This document shows, one piece after another, positions 60,445 through 64,000 of a stretch of DNA of 64,000 nucleotides. Source of the stretch: Candidatus Latescibacterota bacterium (GTDB taxonomy: Bacteria; Latescibacterota; UBA2968); NCBI GenBank assembly GCA_965198115.1, contig OZ240241.1:7584001-7648000 (forward strand), written 5' to 3'. A program made the translations under genes and the position numbers. Position 1 is the stretch's first letter. The number at the start of each line of letters is the position of its first letter. The notes below the pieces were generated by a model, which was not told the origin of the DNA, made no database searches, and worked only from the letters and a program-made list of their open reading frames with translations.

Positions 60445-60615
60445 TCAGAGATCTCGGTCTCCGGTTCCCGTGCCGTATAGATCCTCCACCATCTCACGGA
60501 ACCACACCGGTCTCGCCAGAACCACGAAAACCAGGAGGCCGCCCAGAATCGGAACCGGAATGACAACGTCAACGAGGCTGAACAACAGCAGGTAGGCCAG
60601 ACATTTTCCTGTCAC
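60445..60615 (-). CDS. Small membrane protein
   Basis: MTGKCLAYLLLFSLVDVVIPVPILGGLLVFVVLARPVWFREMV, GTG start after AGGAG. Confidence 0.55.
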   Translation of the reverse strand: MTGKCLAYLLLFSLVDVVIPVPILGGLLVFVVLARPVWFREMVEDLYGTGTGDRDL

Positions 60616-60686
60616 GCTCGAACTCCTGTTTCTGCGCCAGTCGGTTCTTGGTGCCTTCGTGTCTTGGCGTCTTCGTGTTCCGCCTC

Positions 60687-60920
60687 TCAGAATTGCCGCC
60701 GCCCCTCCTCGATCGAGCGATCGCGTTCCCGCATCGGTGTCCACGCCGAATCCCCGCCTCGTCGCAGTCGCAACGGATCGACTACGATTCTCGCCATCAA
60801 GCCAAAGGGAAGAGCCACGACCAGATAGAACACGGTCAGGACGATTCGGCCGATAAGTGCACTGATCGCTTCAGCGATCGGCATCCACCAAGCGTTGAGT
60901 CTCTTAAGAATGTTCGGCAT
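60687..60920 (-). CDS. SxtJ-like small membrane protein
   Basis: W...A..I.....RIVLTVFYLVV..P.GL..R...DPL....DS.W and a C-terminal QF. Confidence 0.7.
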   Translation of the reverse strand: MPNILKRLNAWWMPIAEAISALIGRIVLTVFYLVVALPFGLMARIVVDPLRLRRGGDSAWTPMRERDRSIEEGRRQF

Positions 60921-61055
60921 GGCGCCTCGGAATGACGGGTGCTGATGGAAACCAGGAAAGAAGAAAGTAGGCGTTCGCGACTCGTCGGGCAAATTCCGGG
61001 TGATTCTACCAGGCAGGTGACGAGGGATCCCCTCCCACATTCATGACGTCTGCTC

Positions 61056-61076
61056 CCGGCCGGAGGCCGGTCCTAC
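61056..61076 (-). repeat. Uninterrupted GTAG-type REP
   Basis: GTAGGACCGGCC-TCC-GGCCGG on the minus strand. Confidence 0.6.
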
Positions 61077-61266
61077 CCGAAGGAGTCCAGAGGACGTATT
61101 GCCACGCCTGCTCTCCCCATCGCCCGCTCGCCCGTTCTGCTCCCCCTGTCACAGTTCATCCCTCGGTAGAACGAAAAGCACCACCGCCTTCCTCCTGACG
61201 TGATCCACCACACACAATCCTGTTGATGGGCCTCACAAAATAGCCCCTCAACTGGTCCCTCCGCAG

Positions 61267-61281
61267 TGGCATACGCTTTGC
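61267..61281 (+). promoter_or_regulatory. Putative sigma54 (-24/-12) promoter
   Basis: TGGCATACGCTTTGC matches TGGCA-N6-TTGC with GG-N10-GC spacing, about 190 bp upstream of the next ATG. Confidence 0.65.
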
Positions 61282-61468
61282 GCTTCTATCCTGCGTAATC
61301 GTGATGGAGCGGGGTTTCTGAGGTCATTCTGTGACCGAGGTCACACGCTCCCCGAGACGCGAGTCACCAAACGCCTCTCGGTCGATCAACACACAGGAAA
61401 ATGCTTCGCCGACACACGAAAATTCAACCGGCCGTAAAGCAGCCACTCTACCATTTCGGGAGGTTTCC

Positions 61469-64000
61469 ATGTCGTGCCGCACGTTGAGCTGGATCGTAGG
61501 TGTGATGATTCTTGCGTTATCTGTCCCCTTATCTGCACAGACTGTGGTCAAGGGTCAGATGAGGAAGTGCGATTCGATGAGCCTCAGGGGGTCCATCTAC
61601 TGGATCCGTCACAACCGTTCATCGAGATCGCTCCGCTCACGCTCGATTCGCCTGGCACATCCATCCTGGACCAGGATGAGCGCAGAATCGCACTTAATGA
61701 ACTACAGCCCGGCGCTTTCGTCACGATCACTGGCGAAATCGTAGGCACCGTCCTCGTTGCGTCCGAAATCCGTGTGACGGCTCAGGTCGAGCACACCGGG
61801 TTCGGTGGCGTCATCGTAGAGATTCGGGGCGACGAACTCGTGTTCGCACGAGATCACGGCGAATGGGTCGACCGAAACGTCGACGTGACCCTCGACGGCA
61901 GCCCCTTCGGGATCGGATTGGAAGCGATCATCGCTTTGCTCGAAGGTACCGAAGGGCCTATCTCTGTTACGCTGTCTGACCACGACCCTCACAATGGCAA
62001 GTTTCGAGTCGCCGAGTTTTTCCACGCTACTACTTTTGGGAAACGGTGGGAAAATGAGTCGGTGACGCTCCAGATCGTTCCGTCGGCCGACGCAATACGC
62101 GATCCGCACGATGAAGGCTTCATGCTCAGGCCGGTCCAGACCGTTTTCGCCCTACCCGAGGCGACGGACGTCTGGGATCACAGTGATCCGGACTTTCCCT
62201 CATCCGAACCATCCGATCGCTCGATCCTCGAACCCTTCGTCGACGTCTGGGTCAACATTCAGATAGCAGGTGACACCGTCACCCGCGCAGACGTCAACAT
62301 CAACCAGCGACCCCGGTTCGCGACGCTCGATCTGCGCGTCGGTTGGTTGAATCGGGCAAACGACCGGGTTGGTTTCGACACCGGGTCACCTGTCCGCCTG
62401 CTGCCCAATGCCCGCATCCTCGACACATTCGGGAATCCGCTGGCTGGTCTGCGGCAGTTTGCCGACATCCAGTATGATCATAGCTCAGTGGCGCTGATCA
62501 CCCTGAACGAAAGCGGTATGGGCATCGAAGCCCGCCTAGTACCGTTCGACGAACTCGGGGCGATCGGTCCCGATCAGGTTGTGATTGGCGAGGTGATCGG
62601 TCGAGGATTCTGGTCGAACCCGGGTGAAGGAGAGCTGGGTACGCACAGCCTGGACGGCCTGCTCTTGCCTGGTGCCAGCATCGTCGATAGCCAGGGACAG
62701 CCCGTGCCGATGGGGCTGCTCGACAACGGCGGCGTCGGCGGGTCGGTAACGGGTGCCATCGTCGGAAGTCACCTCTTCATCGAATCCATGACGATCGAAG
62801 GCGAATCGACATCATTCGAGTTCGTCACGCGCATTCAGGATTTCGACCCGAGGGGCACGTGGCTGCAGTTCGAAGAATCCGATCCGATTCGCATCGACCA
62901 CAACGTCGAAGTCTTCGACCATTTCGGGGGACCCGCGAGCCTTCAGGCGATACAGGAGCTGTTCGAGCGCGGTGACCTCCAGCTGCGCCTCACAATGGGC
63001 GACTTTGCGGAGGATCAGTCGCGATCCGTCGTTCGAATCGAAGCCTTTCGCCACGACGACGAGGTCGACGAAGGGCCCGATCAGGAGATCATCCCTGCCG
63101 GGCGGCTCGATCCCTGGGCCCAGCCCGCACTTCTGTTTCCCCAGGCCGTACGCGATGTTCAAGTCAGCCGCGAAACCGAAATCATCGGCCAGAACGGCGA
63201 ACTGCTCCGTCTCGATGAAATCGAACGTGGGGTCCGAGTGCTCGTGTCCGGTTCGTCCATCGCGCGATCCAATCCAGACCCCTTCGGCCCGCGAGTACAC
63301 AACTTCGTGAGTAGAATCGAGATTCTGGGCGGCGCAGCCACACAATATCGCGGATTCATCGCCGAGCGAACGGGCGACGTTCTCACCTTCCGCGACCCCG
63401 AACCGCTGTTCGTCTCCTCCCACAGCGACATCCAGGAGGAAACGGGTTTCCGCATCGACATTTTCACACTGGCCTCCCGCATCGAGTCCGAAGGCAGTCT
63501 TCGGATGTGGTTGGGTGCGGAGTTCGGGCGACCCGGCGGCAGCGACCTCTGGTGGGCACGCGTGATGTGGCCGAACGAACCCAACCCGACCTTCGTGTCA
63601 AACGATCAGTCGGTGGCCCGCGTGATTGGAGTCGACCCCGAAACCCGTGCCCTGATCCGGGAACCCATTCCCTCCGTCATCGTCACGAACGAGACGGAGA
63701 TTCGATCCATGAACGGCGGACTCGTCTCGCTCGAGGACATCATCGAGGGAACGCGGATCACCGCGATCACCGAAGATCGTGGTGGATCGCCCGTCGCCAT
63801 CGAAATCGTCGTCGATGCGATTCCGCAGCCCTTCCGATTCACGGCACCGGTCGGCTACATCGACCATCACGACCGCCGGATCGAATTCGCCATTCCGCCC
63901 TATCTGTCCGTCGCACAAGATGCAGAGATTCTCGGCGTCGACAGCGACCCTATCGACCTCGCGGAATTGCGCGCCCGGCTCGAGAACATGCCGACGGACG
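61469..64000 (+). CDS. Large secreted protein with repeated DUF5666-like beta domains (3' partial; frameshift near 61560; absent from ORF track)
   Basis: SD GGAGG and signal peptide MSCRTLSWIVGVMILALSVPLSA; an open frame from about 61561 to the end with repeats such as TSILDQD..I.LNELQPG..V.I.G and TEII.QNG..L.LDEI..G.RV.VSG. Confidence 0.75.

Overview
A GC-rich bacterial chromosomal window with no rRNA, tRNA or CRISPR array that I can see. It carries peptidoglycan-recycling genes (a Mur ligase and an LD-carboxypeptidase) and a large catabolic set: five phytanoyl-CoA dioxygenase (PhyH) family genes plus a relic, a sulfatase, Gfo/Idh/MocA oxidoreductases, an amidohydrolase, an enolase-family enzyme, RraA and an aminotransferase. 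It also has two beta-propeller sensor paralogues, orphan fliG and fapA, and ankyrin and TPR proteins. This gene content resembles marine heterotrophs such as Latescibacterota or Poribacteria, which is inference only. The 6-29 kb region is an IS hotspot with five near-identical ISL3 copies, all with 8-bp TSDs: a tandem dimer, one inside a hydratase gene, one inside an IS256 that itself splits a zinc-ribbon gene, and one in the end of an ISAzo13. An IS630 lies in the same region. The strongest leads are: (1) two directly repeated 11-6/7-11 dif/Xer-like sites bracketing a ~1 kb one-gene cassette, close to an apparent strand-asymmetry flip; (2) a PhyH paralogue whose iron ligands are replaced by Lys/Ala/Lys, next to an intact sister gene; (3) several REP/REPIN-like and heptamer repeat families, some nested and some inserted in frame into proteins; (4) a translationally coupled GT-C/TPR plus phosphoesterase-ankyrin pair. 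Many small frameshifts suggest long-read errors, so frameshift-only pseudogene calls are provisional.
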